The notes beneath the pieces were generated by a model, which was not told the DNA's origin, did no database searches, and saw only the letters and a list, made by a program, of their open reading frames with translations. Of a stretch of 64,000 nucleotides of DNA, positions 29,144-38,499 are shown piece by piece. This DNA is from an uncultured Haloferula sp. Lineage in GTDB: Bacteria; Verrucomicrobiota; Verrucomicrobiia; Verrucomicrobiales; Akkermansiaceae. Numbering within the stretch: position 1 is the first letter of the stretch; each line of letters begins with the position of its first letter. The translations under genes and the position numbers were made by a program. The stretch is taken from the NCBI GenBank assembly GCA_965652295.1, contig CBFGTS010000018.1:25882-89881 (forward strand), written 5' to 3'.

Positions 29144-30442
29144 ATGCCGCAGTATCAATTCACCGCCGCCGACGCGAAGGGCGAACAGCTCTCAGGGACC
29201 GTGGACGCCACCTCGGAGGCGGAAGCCATCAACCAGCTCCGCTCCCAAGGCTATTACCCCTTGCAAGTCGTCGAAGCTGGCAAAGGCCAGCTGACCACCG
29301 CCAAAAAGAAGGGTGCGGCCAAGGGAAAGAAGGGCAAGACCGCCAAGAAGGGCAAGGCCGCCAAGGCCAAGACCGGCGGCCGGATCAAGCCGAAGACCCT
29401 GATGATCTTCACCCGGCAGTTGGCGACCTTGATCGACTCCGGTCTGCCCCTGCTGCGCGGCCTCACGGTGCTGGCCAAGCAGGAGCCCAATCCGATGTTG
29501 AAGGCGACCATCGAGGCGCTTGCCGACTCGGTCCAGTCGGGTTCCACTTTCTCCGAGGCGCTCTCCCAGCACCCGAAGATCTTCAACAAGCTCTATGTCA
29601 ACATGGTCAAGGCCGGTGAGCTTGGCGGTGTGCTCGAGGTCGTCCTGGTCCGCCTTGCGGAGTACCAGGAAAAGGCCCAGAAGCTGAAGAACAAGATCGT
29701 TTCGGCGATGGTCTATCCGGTGATCGTCATGTTCATCGCGGTGGCCATCCTGGTGTTCCTCATGCTCGTCATCGTTCCGAAGTTCGAGACGATGTTCGCG
29801 GAAATGGAAGGTGCCGAGCTGCCGATGATCTCGCAGGTCGTGTTCGGAACCTCCCGCTTCTTCCTCAGCGCCAGCGTCGGACCGATCCCGAACGTGGTCT
29901 GGTTCTTCATCGCCATCGCCCTGATCGTCGTTGCCTTCCAGTCATGGGGTAGGACCAAGGGCGGACGGAAGGCGATCGACACGATGAAGCTCAAGGCACC
30001 GATCATCGGGGACATCCAGCGCAAGAGCGCCGTCGCCCGCTTCTCGCGGACGCTCGGCACGCTGGTCACCTCGGGTGTTCCGATCCTGCAGGCGCTCAAT
30101 ATCACCCGCGATACCGCGGGCAACGTGGTCATCTCCGGTGCTATCGACAAGGTGCACGCGGCGGTCAAGGAAGGGGAGTCGATCGTGACCCCGCTCCAGG
30201 CCTCCGGTGTGTTTCCCGGGATGGTGATCTCGATGGTCGACGTCGGTGAGGAAACCGGCCAGTTGCCGGAAATGCTGCTGAAGGTGGCGGACGTGTATGA
30301 CGACGAAGTGGACAACGCGGTCGGCGCGCTGACCTCGATCCTCGAGCCGATCATGATCGTCATTCTCGCCCTGGTCGTCGGTTCGGTGGTGTTCGCGCTC
30401 TTCCTGCCGCTCATCAAGGTGATCCAGCAGGTCGGCCAATGA
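29144..30442 (+). CDS. GspF/PilC-family inner membrane platform protein
   Basis: FTRQLATLIDSGLPL, KAGELGGVLE, SAMVYP, GEETGQL, LEPIMI. Confidence 0.93.
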   Translation: MPQYQFTAADAKGEQLSGTVDATSEAEAINQLRSQGYYPLQVVEAGKGQLTTAKKKGAAKGKKGKTAKKGKAAKAKTGGRIKPKTLMIFTRQLATLIDSGLPLLRGLTVLAKQEPNPMLKATIEALADSVQSGSTFSEALSQHPKIFNKLYVNMVKAGELGGVLEVVLVRLAEYQEKAQKLKNKIVSAMVYPVIVMFIAVAILVFLMLVIVPKFETMFAEMEGAELPMISQVVFGTSRFFLSASVGPIPNVVWFFIAIALIVVAFQSWGRTKGGRKAIDTMKLKAPIIGDIQRKSAVARFSRTLGTLVTSGVPILQALNITRDTAGNVVISGAIDKVHAAVKEGESIVTPLQASGVFPGMVISMVDVGEETGQLPEMLLKVADVYDDEVDNAVGALTSILEPIMIVILALVVGSVVFALFLPLIKVIQQVGQ

Positions 30443-30474
30443 TTTCAAGGGAAACCCCAGAGTCTCAAACGGAC

Positions 30475-31029
30475 ATGAAATTGATTTCAAAACGACAAGC
30501 CCGCGGTTTCACCTTGATGGAGCTGCTGGTGGTGATCTCGCTCATCGTCGCCCTTGCCGCGTTGACCGCGGGGGGCTTCAAGGTGGTGAAGGAAAAGCAG
30601 CGTCGCGAGCAGGCCAAGGTGCAGGTAAGTCTCCTGATGTTGGCGCTTGAAGACTACGCGACCGATCATGGCGAATACCCGGCGAACCCGGAGCAGAGCG
30701 GCCGAAACGGCACCGATGAGATCTTCAACGCGCTATATCCGGCGACGAATGATGAGAAGATCTATCTCAGCGAACTCGACCCCGAGAACGACACCCAGGA
30801 CTGGCTTCAGGGCCAGAACGGCGTGGAGAACCTGACGATCTACGATCCGTGGGGCACGGAGTTCTACTACCGCACGAATGATCCGGAGAATCCGGATCAA
30901 ATGATCTCGGCGAATCCCGGCTTCGACCTCTGGTCCGCCGGGCCGGACGGCAAGACCAGCGCGGGTGCCGCGGGCGACTACGATTCCCAACACCCTGACA
31001 ATCTCGACGACATTCGCGGTTGGGATTGA
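30475..31029 (+). CDS. GspG-like type IV (pseudo)pilin
   Basis: Prepilin cleavage motif RG|FTLMELLVVI; DPWG...Y; FDLWSAGPDG. Confidence 0.88.
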   Translation: MKLISKRQARGFTLMELLVVISLIVALAALTAGGFKVVKEKQRREQAKVQVSLLMLALEDYATDHGEYPANPEQSGRNGTDEIFNALYPATNDEKIYLSELDPENDTQDWLQGQNGVENLTIYDPWGTEFYYRTNDPENPDQMISANPGFDLWSAGPDGKTSAGAAGDYDSQHPDNLDDIRGWD

Positions 31030-31115
31030 ACCCGCCCCGACGGACGGCCGGGAATGTTGCCCAAGGCGGGAAATCCTCTCGACCTTTGGCCGCCCGGCCT
31101 TCTTGCTCGGCGCCG

Positions 31116-31724
31116 ATGACAGACGAACTCCCCGAGTTGCCCGAGAACGCTTCCGCGCAGGCTGAAGACAAGGCGAAACCGGCCAAGAAGGCCGCCCGCA
31201 AGTCGGCACGGAAACGTACCGCGAGAAAGGCACCGAAGGTGGAGGGTGAGGCCGAAAACGCCCCGCCTGCCCATCAGGAATCACAGGCTCCGGCAGCTCG
31301 TGAAGAGACCTCTGCGGACGCCAGGCCCGCCGCGGTGCGCGACGACCAGAACCATTCGGAGCAACGCCCGGAGGAGCGGCGGCAACGGGACTTTTCTTCC
31401 GATCATTCCTCGGATCAGGACGATCGCAGTGCGGTGATTGGCGAGCCTCCTTCCTCCGACGAACATGGATCCAGCAAGCGCCGCAAGCGCCGCCGCCGGC
31501 GTGGCGGATCGGGCGGCGAGGAAAAGGGCGAGGAGCGCCACCATGAGCAGCAACGCACGAGGATCGATCCGGACATGGTCGCGAAACGGGCTTGGAAGAT
31601 CTTTCTCGCGGAAGTCAGTGAGGAAGGCCTCGCACTCATCAGTGACAACGACGCCCGTGAGTTGAGCCGTCGCAGCTTCCGCTTGGCCGAGGTGTTCCTC
31701 GAAGAAGCGAACCGGCATCAGTGA
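31116..31724 (+). CDS. Hypothetical, largely disordered protein with basic tracts and a helical C-terminal domain
   Basis: KPAKKAARKSARKR and KRRKRRRRRGG tracts; C-terminal AKRAWKIFLAEVSEEGLALI. Confidence 0.65.
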   Translation: MTDELPELPENASAQAEDKAKPAKKAARKSARKRTARKAPKVEGEAENAPPAHQESQAPAAREETSADARPAAVRDDQNHSEQRPEERRQRDFSSDHSSDQDDRSAVIGEPPSSDEHGSSKRRKRRRRRGGSGGEEKGEERHHEQQRTRIDPDMVAKRAWKIFLAEVSEEGLALISDNDARELSRRSFRLAEVFLEEANRHQ

Positions 31725-32278
31725 TCGTGAGGGAGCGGGATGCCGTCCCGCTTCCGCGTCAGTTCCGCGGCGAGATCATCACGCCCGGTAGCCTTGGCCA
31801 GCCGGATCCTCAACTTGAGCACCTCGAGCGAGGCGAGCTGATCGGCCGGCATTTCCGCGAGGATGCCGGCGGCGGTATCCCAGTCCTCGGCTTCGATCGC
31901 CCCTTCGAGCTGCTCGCGATCCGTAGGCAGCTCCGCGTCCAGAGGCTTGTCCCGGTAAGCCGCCCATCGCGCGTGTTCGGGAACAGCTTCGCTTCCGGGT
32001 CCTTCGATCCGATCGAGATAAACGAATTCGTCGCCCTCCCGTTGGTGGCGGATGTGGTTGACGATCAGGACCGTCAATAATCCCAGCCCGGCGAGGCAAA
32101 ACTCCATCAGGAACGGAGTGCTGAGGATGCCGGAGATCATCCCGAACCATTCGCCGAGGCCGCCGGGAAGGAAGCGACCGAGCGAGATCAGCATCAAAAC
32201 CCCACCGGCCGCGGCGATGACCGAGGCTCCGATCAGAATCTGCTTCAAGCGAGTGGTGGATGGATCGCGGACGCGCAT
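31718..32278 (-). CDS. Hypothetical membrane protein (2 TM plus helical C-terminus)
   Basis: Two hydrophobic segments; promoter TTGCAA -17- CAAGTT upstream. Confidence 0.6.
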   Translation of the reverse strand: MRVRDPSTTRLKQILIGASVIAAAGGVLMLISLGRFLPGGLGEWFGMISGILSTPFLMEFCLAGLGLLTVLIVNHIRHQREGDEFVYLDRIEGPGSEAVPEHARWAAYRDKPLDAELPTDREQLEGAIEAEDWDTAAGILAEMPADQLASLEVLKLRIRLAKATGRDDLAAELTRKRDGIPLPHDH

Positions 32279-32388
32279 GTCGGTGGATGTGAACTTGACC
32301 ACGAGGGCGACCGCTTGCAACCGCCACGTGCTTACGAGTTTATTTAAAACTTCTTGATTGTTTTTAAAATAATTGCTCTTTTCCCCAC

Positions 32389-32580
32389 GTGTCCCTGCTC
32401 CGATTCCTCACCCTGACGGCCATTCTTGGCGCGGGCTTCGTTTTGGCGGAGCGCGTCGTTTCCGGCGACAGCCGTGAAGGAGCCTCCGTTTCGATGATGC
32501 AGGTGCCGGTTTCGATCCCGGTCGAGGTGATCGAACTCGGCGGGGAACCGACCCTGCGCCGGGTGGCGGTGCACGAGTGA
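32389..32580 (+). CDS. Small hypothetical exported peptide
   Basis: 63 aa with a signal-like N-terminus; follows an AT-rich promoter patch. Confidence 0.45.
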   Translation: MSLLRFLTLTAILGAGFVLAERVVSGDSREGASVSMMQVPVSIPVEVIELGGEPTLRRVAVHE

Positions 32581-32638
32581 TCGGCGATTTCATCGGCGTG
32601 GCTGTTGAAATGCCCCGGACATGCCGCTAACAGGCGTC

Positions 32639-34024
32639 ATGCGCCTGTTCGACACCCTGTCCCGTCAGCAGCGGGACCTCCGCCCGCTGGATGGCTCGAC
32701 CTTCCGCTTCTACTGCTGCGGCCCCACGGTTTACGGACCGGCGCACATCGGAAATTTCCGCACCTTCGTGCTGCAGGACGTGTTCCGCCGGGTGGTGGAG
32801 ACCGGCGGAGTCCGCACGCTGCACGTGAGGAACATCACGGACGTGGATGATAAGACGATCCGCGGTTCGTTGGCGGCCGGGAAGCCTTTGGGTGAGTTCA
32901 CGGACGGGTGGAAGCGGAAATTCCACGCCGATTGCGGGGCGCTGAACTGCCTCCCGCCCCACATCGAGCCGAGTGCGGTGGAGCACATTCCGCAGCAGAT
33001 CGGGATGATCGAGCGTTTGGTGGAAAAGGGGCATGCTTACGCGGCCCCGGACGGCTCGGTTTATTTCCGCATCGCCTCGTTTCCCGAATACGGTGAGCTG
33101 AGCCACCTCGACAAACGCGAGCTGGTGCTTGGGAAAACCCAGGAGCAGCGGGCGAATGCGGACGAGTACGAGAAGGATAGTATCGCCGACTTCGTGTTGT
33201 GGAAGGCGCGGCGACCCGAAGACGGGGAGAATTTTTGGCGCTCGCCCTGGGGCGAGGGTCGACCGGGCTGGCACCTTGAGTGCTCGGCGATGATCCGCGA
33301 ATATCTCGGCGAATCCTTCGACCTGCACTCCGGCGGGGTCGATCTGGTTTTCCCCCACCACGAGAACGAGATCGCCCAGAGCCGCTGCGCGTGCGGCGGC
33401 GGATTCGCGGCGCATTGGTTCCACATCACGCACCTGTTGGTGGATGGCGGCAAAATGTCGAAGTCGCTCGGCAACCTCTACACCTTGGAAGACCTGGCCG
33501 GACGCGGGGTCACGCCGATGGAGGTCCGCTACGTCCTCATCGGAGCGCACTACCGCAAGCCGCTGAATTTCACGCTGGATTCGCTATCCGGTGCCCGCGA
33601 GGCGTTGTCGAAGCTGGCCAAGGGAGCGCGGGCGCTGGCCGAAAGGGCGGGCGAGGGCCACGTGTTCGGAGAGGTCGGCTTCGGACCGTTCCAAGGGGCA
33701 TGGGATGCGCTGAACGACGACCTCAACACCCCGGCCGCGCTCGGTGGGCTTTTCACCGGTTTGAAGGAAACGGCGGGGCTGAAAGGCAAGGCGGCGTCGG
33801 AGGCCCTCGCGGCCTTCAACCGGGTGCTCCGCGCACTGGGTCTGGAATTGCCTGAGCCGGAGGTCACGGAGGTGCCGCCTGAGATCCGCGCGATCGCCGA
33901 TGAGCGATGGCAGGCGCGGACCGCGAAGGACTGGGCTAAGTCCGACGCCTTGCGGGACGATCTTGCCGCCCGCGGGTGGGTGGTGAAGGATGCCCGCGAC
34001 GGTTACGAACTCGAACCCGCCTGA
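32639..34024 (+). CDS. cysS: Cysteine-tRNA ligase
   Basis: CGPTVY..HIGN, NITDVDDK, GRPGWHLEC, FPHHENE, KMSKS. Confidence 0.96.
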   Translation: MRLFDTLSRQQRDLRPLDGSTFRFYCCGPTVYGPAHIGNFRTFVLQDVFRRVVETGGVRTLHVRNITDVDDKTIRGSLAAGKPLGEFTDGWKRKFHADCGALNCLPPHIEPSAVEHIPQQIGMIERLVEKGHAYAAPDGSVYFRIASFPEYGELSHLDKRELVLGKTQEQRANADEYEKDSIADFVLWKARRPEDGENFWRSPWGEGRPGWHLECSAMIREYLGESFDLHSGGVDLVFPHHENEIAQSRCACGGGFAAHWFHITHLLVDGGKMSKSLGNLYTLEDLAGRGVTPMEVRYVLIGAHYRKPLNFTLDSLSGAREALSKLAKGARALAERAGEGHVFGEVGFGPFQGAWDALNDDLNTPAALGGLFTGLKETAGLKGKAASEALAAFNRVLRALGLELPEPEVTEVPPEIRAIADERWQARTAKDWAKSDALRDDLAARGWVVKDARDGYELEPA

Positions 34025-34027
34025 ACC

Positions 34028-35011
34028 ATGCATATCCGTCCCCGCCGCAACCGCCGCACCGTCGCGATCCGTTCGCTGGTCCGGGAAACGTCCCTCAGTC
34101 CGTCCGACTTCATTCAGCCACTGTTCGTTCACGAGGGCGATGAGGATGTGCCGATCGCTTCGATGCCGGGCTGCACCCGTTGGTCGCTCCGCGGGCTGGT
34201 GGCGGAGGCGCGTGAAGTGTTCGAGGCAGGGGTGCCGGCGGTGGTGATTTTCCCGGCGATCGCCGATGCCCTGAAAACGTCCGATGCCGCGGAGGCCTGG
34301 AACCCGGAGGGTCTCGTGCCGCGGGCGATTCGCGCGCTGAAGGCTGCGATTCCGGAGCTTTGCGTCATCACGGACGTGGCCTTGGATCCCTACAACGCGG
34401 ATGGCCACGATGGTTTGGTGGAAACGGACGAGTCAGGAACGGTCAGAATTCTGAACGACGAAACCGTCGGTGCGTTGTGCGAACAGGCTCTCTGCCATGC
34501 GGTGGCGGGGGCGGACATCGTGTCCCCGAGCGACATGATGGATGGACGGGTGGGGGCGATCCGCGGAGCGCTCGACGAACTGGGTTTCGAGCAGGTGGGC
34601 ATCCTCAGCTATTCGGTGAAATTCGCCTCCGCCTACTACGGCCCGTTCCGCGGTGCCTTGGACTCCGCGCCGAAGGCGGGCGACAAGAAGACCTATCAGA
34701 TGGACCCGGGAAATGCCCGCGAGGCGATCCGCGAGGTGGGCCTTGATGAGGGCGAGGGGGCGGACATGGTGATGGTGAAGCCCGCGGGCCCGTATCTCGA
34801 CGTGATTGCCAGGGTCCGGGAATCCACCGCGTTGCCGGTGGCCGCGTATCAGGTGAGCGGCGAGTATTTGATGATCGAAAGCGCCGCAGCTGCCGGCTGG
34901 ATCGACGGCAAGGCGGCGGCGTTGGAAGCCCTGACGGGAATCAAGCGAGCGGGTGCTGACATGATCCTGACCTACTACGCCAAGCGCGCCGCGGGTTGGG
35001 TGCGGGAATAG
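34028..35011 (+). CDS. hemB: Porphobilinogen synthase (Asp-rich metal site, not the Cys/Zn type)
   Basis: DVALDPYNADGHDG, SPSDMMDGRV, SAYYGPFR, MVMVKP, AYQVSGEY. Confidence 0.96.
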   Translation: MHIRPRRNRRTVAIRSLVRETSLSPSDFIQPLFVHEGDEDVPIASMPGCTRWSLRGLVAEAREVFEAGVPAVVIFPAIADALKTSDAAEAWNPEGLVPRAIRALKAAIPELCVITDVALDPYNADGHDGLVETDESGTVRILNDETVGALCEQALCHAVAGADIVSPSDMMDGRVGAIRGALDELGFEQVGILSYSVKFASAYYGPFRGALDSAPKAGDKKTYQMDPGNAREAIREVGLDEGEGADMVMVKPAGPYLDVIARVRESTALPVAAYQVSGEYLMIESAAAAGWIDGKAAALEALTGIKRAGADMILTYYAKRAAGWVRE

Positions 35012-35019
35012 TTGCTGCG

Positions 35020-35895
35020 TTACTCCACGTTCTGGACCTGCTCGCGGATCTTCTCGAGTTCGGCCTTGGCGTTGACCACGTGTTGGGCGATCCGGGCGTC
35101 GGCAGCCTTGGAGCCGATGGTGTTGAACTCGCGATGGATTTCCTGGCAGAGGAAATCGAGGTGCCGCCCGGCGGGCTCGCCACCGGTAAGGTATTCCCTG
35201 AATTTCCGAAAGTGGGAGTCGAGGCGGGTCAGTTCTTCGGTGATGTCGATGCGATCGGTGAAGAGCACGAGTTCGCGCAGCACGCGGTCGTCGTCGGGAT
35301 CAAACGTGAGGCCGGCTTCCGCCATGCGCTTGGCGAGTTGCTCGCGGTAGCGTTCGGGTCGGGCTGGAGCCAGGGTGCCGATCGACTGGCGGAGGGATTC
35401 GAGAAGTTCGAGGCGGGTGGTGAGGTCAGCGGCGAGGTCCCGGCCTTCGTTTCCGCGCATTTCCAGAAGCTGCTCCAGGGCGGCTTCCAAGGCCGGTTCG
35501 ATGGCGGCCCAGGCGTGGTCGGGGTCGAGCGTGCGGTCGTCGAAGATGACGATGCCGGGAGCACGGAGAAAATCCGCGGCGCACGGTAAAAGCTCACGTC
35601 CGAGCTGGTGTGAAAGCCTGCGGAAAGCCTCTTCGAGGTCCTCGGCTGCGGCGGCATCGACCTGCACGTTGGCGCGGTCGGCGGCGATGGGTTGGAAGTC
35701 GATCGATACCTGAAGCCGACCGCGCGAGACGCAGGTCAGCACGGCGCGGCGGATGCGGTTTTCCAGCTCGGGGACATCGCGGATGCCCAGAATCACCACC
35801 TCCGCCTGTTTGCGGTTGACGCCGGCGATTTCCACGGTGGCGGTGCCGTGATCAGTGGTGGCCGAACCGCGGCCGAATCCAGTCATCGAATGCAT
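35020..35895 (-). CDS. YicC/YloC-family endoribonuclease
   Basis: MHSMTGFGR, DITEELTRL, GRHLDFLCQE.HREFNTIGSK, EKIREQVQNVE. Confidence 0.92.
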   Translation of the reverse strand: MHSMTGFGRGSATTDHGTATVEIAGVNRKQAEVVILGIRDVPELENRIRRAVLTCVSRGRLQVSIDFQPIAADRANVQVDAAAAEDLEEAFRRLSHQLGRELLPCAADFLRAPGIVIFDDRTLDPDHAWAAIEPALEAALEQLLEMRGNEGRDLAADLTTRLELLESLRQSIGTLAPARPERYREQLAKRMAEAGLTFDPDDDRVLRELVLFTDRIDITEELTRLDSHFRKFREYLTGGEPAGRHLDFLCQEIHREFNTIGSKAADARIAQHVVNAKAELEKIREQVQNVE

Positions 35896-35965
35896 GGCCG
35901 GAAGTAGAGGTGGACCACCGGCTTCGGCCAAGGGGAAAGGGGGGAAACCCTTGCCCGGCGGCCGA

Positions 35966-37114
35966 TCAATCTCCGCGGTCTTCTTCTTCGTCGGTCTCCA
36001 CGTCGAGGACCAGAGGTTCGCCGCTGCCGGCGGCCTCCGCGGCTTTCCGCTGCTTCCGTTCGTCGAGCCATGCCAGCCAGATGCAGGTTTCGTAGAGGAC
36101 GTACATCGGGACGGCCATCAGGGAGAGGGTGAGCACGTCCGAGGTGGGCGTGATCATGGCGGCGGCGATGACGATCGCCAGCACCGCGTAAGACCGGGTC
36201 CTGCGCATCATGTCGTAGGTGAGCAGGCCGAGTTTCACCAAGGCCATGATCACCACGGGAAGTTCGAAGGAGAGGCCGAAGAGCAGGGTGAACTGGGTGG
36301 CGAAGGTGATGTATTCGCCGATCCGCCAGTCGTTGGCCACCCCCATGTCGAGGCTCCATTCGAAGAAGAAGACCAGGGTCTTCGGCAGGACGATGAAGTA
36401 GGCGAAGGCGACCCCGGTGAGGAAAAGGCCGAAACCTACCGCCATGGCCGGCCAGAGGATCTTTCGCTCATGGTGGTGCAAGCCCGGCAGCACGAATTGG
36501 AGCACGAAATAGAGCAGGAAGGGGAACGACACGACCACGCCGGCGAAGAAGGCGAGCTTCATGGAGAGCATGAAGGTCTCGGTCGGCTTCAAGGCGGACA
36601 TCATCATCAGGTCGGCACCGAGGTTCGTGTCGGGATCGGCTCCGCTGGCCCGGATTTCATCGAGCAGGGAAACCAAGGCCGCATCGGACCCGGCCTGGCC
36701 GTGGAGAAAGCTCTCTTGCTCCAGTTCCGGCAGGGCTTTCGCGGCGCGGAGAAGCCTCACGGCCTCCACGTGACGGAAGGTCTCCTCGCCGAAATAGGCG
36801 AAGAAGGCGGACTTCTGTTCCGGGTTGAGATCGGATGACCGGTCGAGCAGGTCTTTGGCCCGTTCCCAGACGGCGGGGTCGAGGCTCTCCGGCAGGGTAT
36901 CGCGCGTGTGCTCCTGCCAGACTTCCTGAACGGGGGCGCGAAGCAGGTTCATCAGGTGCTTCTGGAGCGTGAAGCAGGCGATCATCGAGATGATCAGGGT
37001 GAGCACCACCCGGGTGATCATCACCCTCAGATCCTCCAAGTGCTCCAAAAACGGTTTCTCCATCTCGGGGTTCGATTTGTCCCGGAGCTGGAAAACCTTT
37101 TTGAGCAAATACAT
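35966..37114 (-). CDS. tatC: Twin-arginine translocase subunit TatC with a large periplasmic insertion
   Basis: PFLEHLEDLR, FVLPGL..HE, FGLSFELP, AAMITPTSD, LYE. Confidence 0.92.
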   Translation of the reverse strand: MYLLKKVFQLRDKSNPEMEKPFLEHLEDLRVMITRVVLTLIISMIACFTLQKHLMNLLRAPVQEVWQEHTRDTLPESLDPAVWERAKDLLDRSSDLNPEQKSAFFAYFGEETFRHVEAVRLLRAAKALPELEQESFLHGQAGSDAALVSLLDEIRASGADPDTNLGADLMMMSALKPTETFMLSMKLAFFAGVVVSFPFLLYFVLQFVLPGLHHHERKILWPAMAVGFGLFLTGVAFAYFIVLPKTLVFFFEWSLDMGVANDWRIGEYITFATQFTLLFGLSFELPVVIMALVKLGLLTYDMMRRTRSYAVLAIVIAAAMITPTSDVLTLSLMAVPMYVLYETCIWLAWLDERKQRKAAEAAGSGEPLVLDVETDEEEDRGD

Positions 37115-37288
37115 GGGCGCGCGGCCGGATACTGCGGGCTGCGCGCGTTCTTTCGCAAGCGCCGAGGTGGGATGGGCGCGCCTTTGCGAATCGTTGAGAG
37201 TGTCAAGAAATTAATCGCGGGTGCATTTCGGGCTTTTCTGATTGACCAGATGTCCATACATCATGGATGTCCAAACGGAAATCTCCCC

Positions 37289-38380
37289 ATGAAATTCCCC
37301 ACCCCCTCCCTCCGGGCGATGCTGATCGCCTGCGCTCCCGCGATTGTCGTAGCCGATCCCGTTCTAACGACTCCGGGCACCGCGACGTGGGAAACCATTC
37401 TCGGCGACAACGGGACGAAGACCATCTTCACGATCACCGACGACACGGTTTTCGAGTGGGAAGGCTTCAACCTCGAGAGCGGCAACGAGATCGTCTTCGA
37501 CTTCATCGGCGGCAATCAGGTGGTCAACTACCTCAACGGGGACAACGCCTTCTTTATCAACGGGACCATCACCTCCAACGGATCGGTGAGTTTCTTCAGT
37601 CCCTCCGGCAGTCTTTACGTCAACGGCGACATCACCGCGGCCAACGTCACGCTTTCCACCCTCGATGTGGATCCGGCGGACGTGCTGGATGGAAACGGCT
37701 TCCTGATGCAGGAAGGCAGCGTGATCGGCAACGAGCTGGTTCTGACCGGCGAGGTTCATGCGACCAATGGCAGCGTGCTACTGGCGAGCCGGGAGCTGGT
37801 GTTGCAGGGCGGGTCGATCATCACCGCCAGCGACGCGGTGAAACTGGCCGGCACGGACCGCGCGCGGGTCCCCGGCTCAGGGGCCGGACGAATGACCGAC
37901 ATCGGCAGCGAGGGATTCGTTCTCCACATGGGCGCGGCGCATGCCACGAAGATCGAGGTGCGCGCCGGACGGGAGATCCACAGTCACGGCACCCTCGATG
38001 CCGGAAAGGGACGGATTTTCATGGAAGTGGGCTCGGATGGACGGGTCTTTTCCGACAACCGGGCCCTGGTGGTGGGAGATCTTGATTTCAGCGGGACGAT
38101 CCTGCCGTCTCAACGCGCCAGCTTCAACGATGCGGACGCCCCGGCGACCGTGAGCGACGCGACTCTTCGCATTCCCACCTTGAAGCGCCCGGGTGGTGCC
38201 GCCATTTCCGAAGCCACGGCGCTGAGGACCAGCAGCGCCGTGAGTGCCTCTTCCAGCGTGAATTCCAAATCGGATCGCAAACCTTCCGCCGAGAACAAAA
38301 CCTTGATGGCACGCAGCTCCTTCTTCGGCATGCGCGGCGGTCGCGGAGGTTCGGGTGAAATTGTTTCCCGCGAGCAGTGA
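37289..38380 (+). CDS. Small TpsA-like protein (filamentous haemagglutinin N-terminal secretion domain)
   Basis: Signal peptide; FEWEGFNL..GNEIVF, VVNYL, INGTITSNGSVSFFSPSG resemble TPS motifs; next to a TpsB gene. Confidence 0.7.
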   Translation: MKFPTPSLRAMLIACAPAIVVADPVLTTPGTATWETILGDNGTKTIFTITDDTVFEWEGFNLESGNEIVFDFIGGNQVVNYLNGDNAFFINGTITSNGSVSFFSPSGSLYVNGDITAANVTLSTLDVDPADVLDGNGFLMQEGSVIGNELVLTGEVHATNGSVLLASRELVLQGGSIITASDAVKLAGTDRARVPGSGAGRMTDIGSEGFVLHMGAAHATKIEVRAGREIHSHGTLDAGKGRIFMEVGSDGRVFSDNRALVVGDLDFSGTILPSQRASFNDADAPATVSDATLRIPTLKRPGGAAISEATALRTSSAVSASSSVNSKSDRKPSAENKTLMARSSFFGMRGGRGGSGEIVSREQ

Positions 38381-38499
38381 GGATCTGGTCCTGAGAGCGC
38401 GGCAGAACGACCGAGGCTTTGGTTTGCCAGGGTAGTTTGGGTTTGTTAACTACTTGTTTGTCGAGATCCGCCTCTCCGGGGCGGCCGACCTGTTTTGAG

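Noticed and set aside
37201..37206. Perfect TTGACA on the minus strand upstream of tatC
   Set aside because: No plausible -10 at 16-18 nt spacing.
36908..37288. N-terminal extension of the TpsA-like ORF
   Set aside because: Overlaps tatC; the signal peptide begins at ATG 37289.
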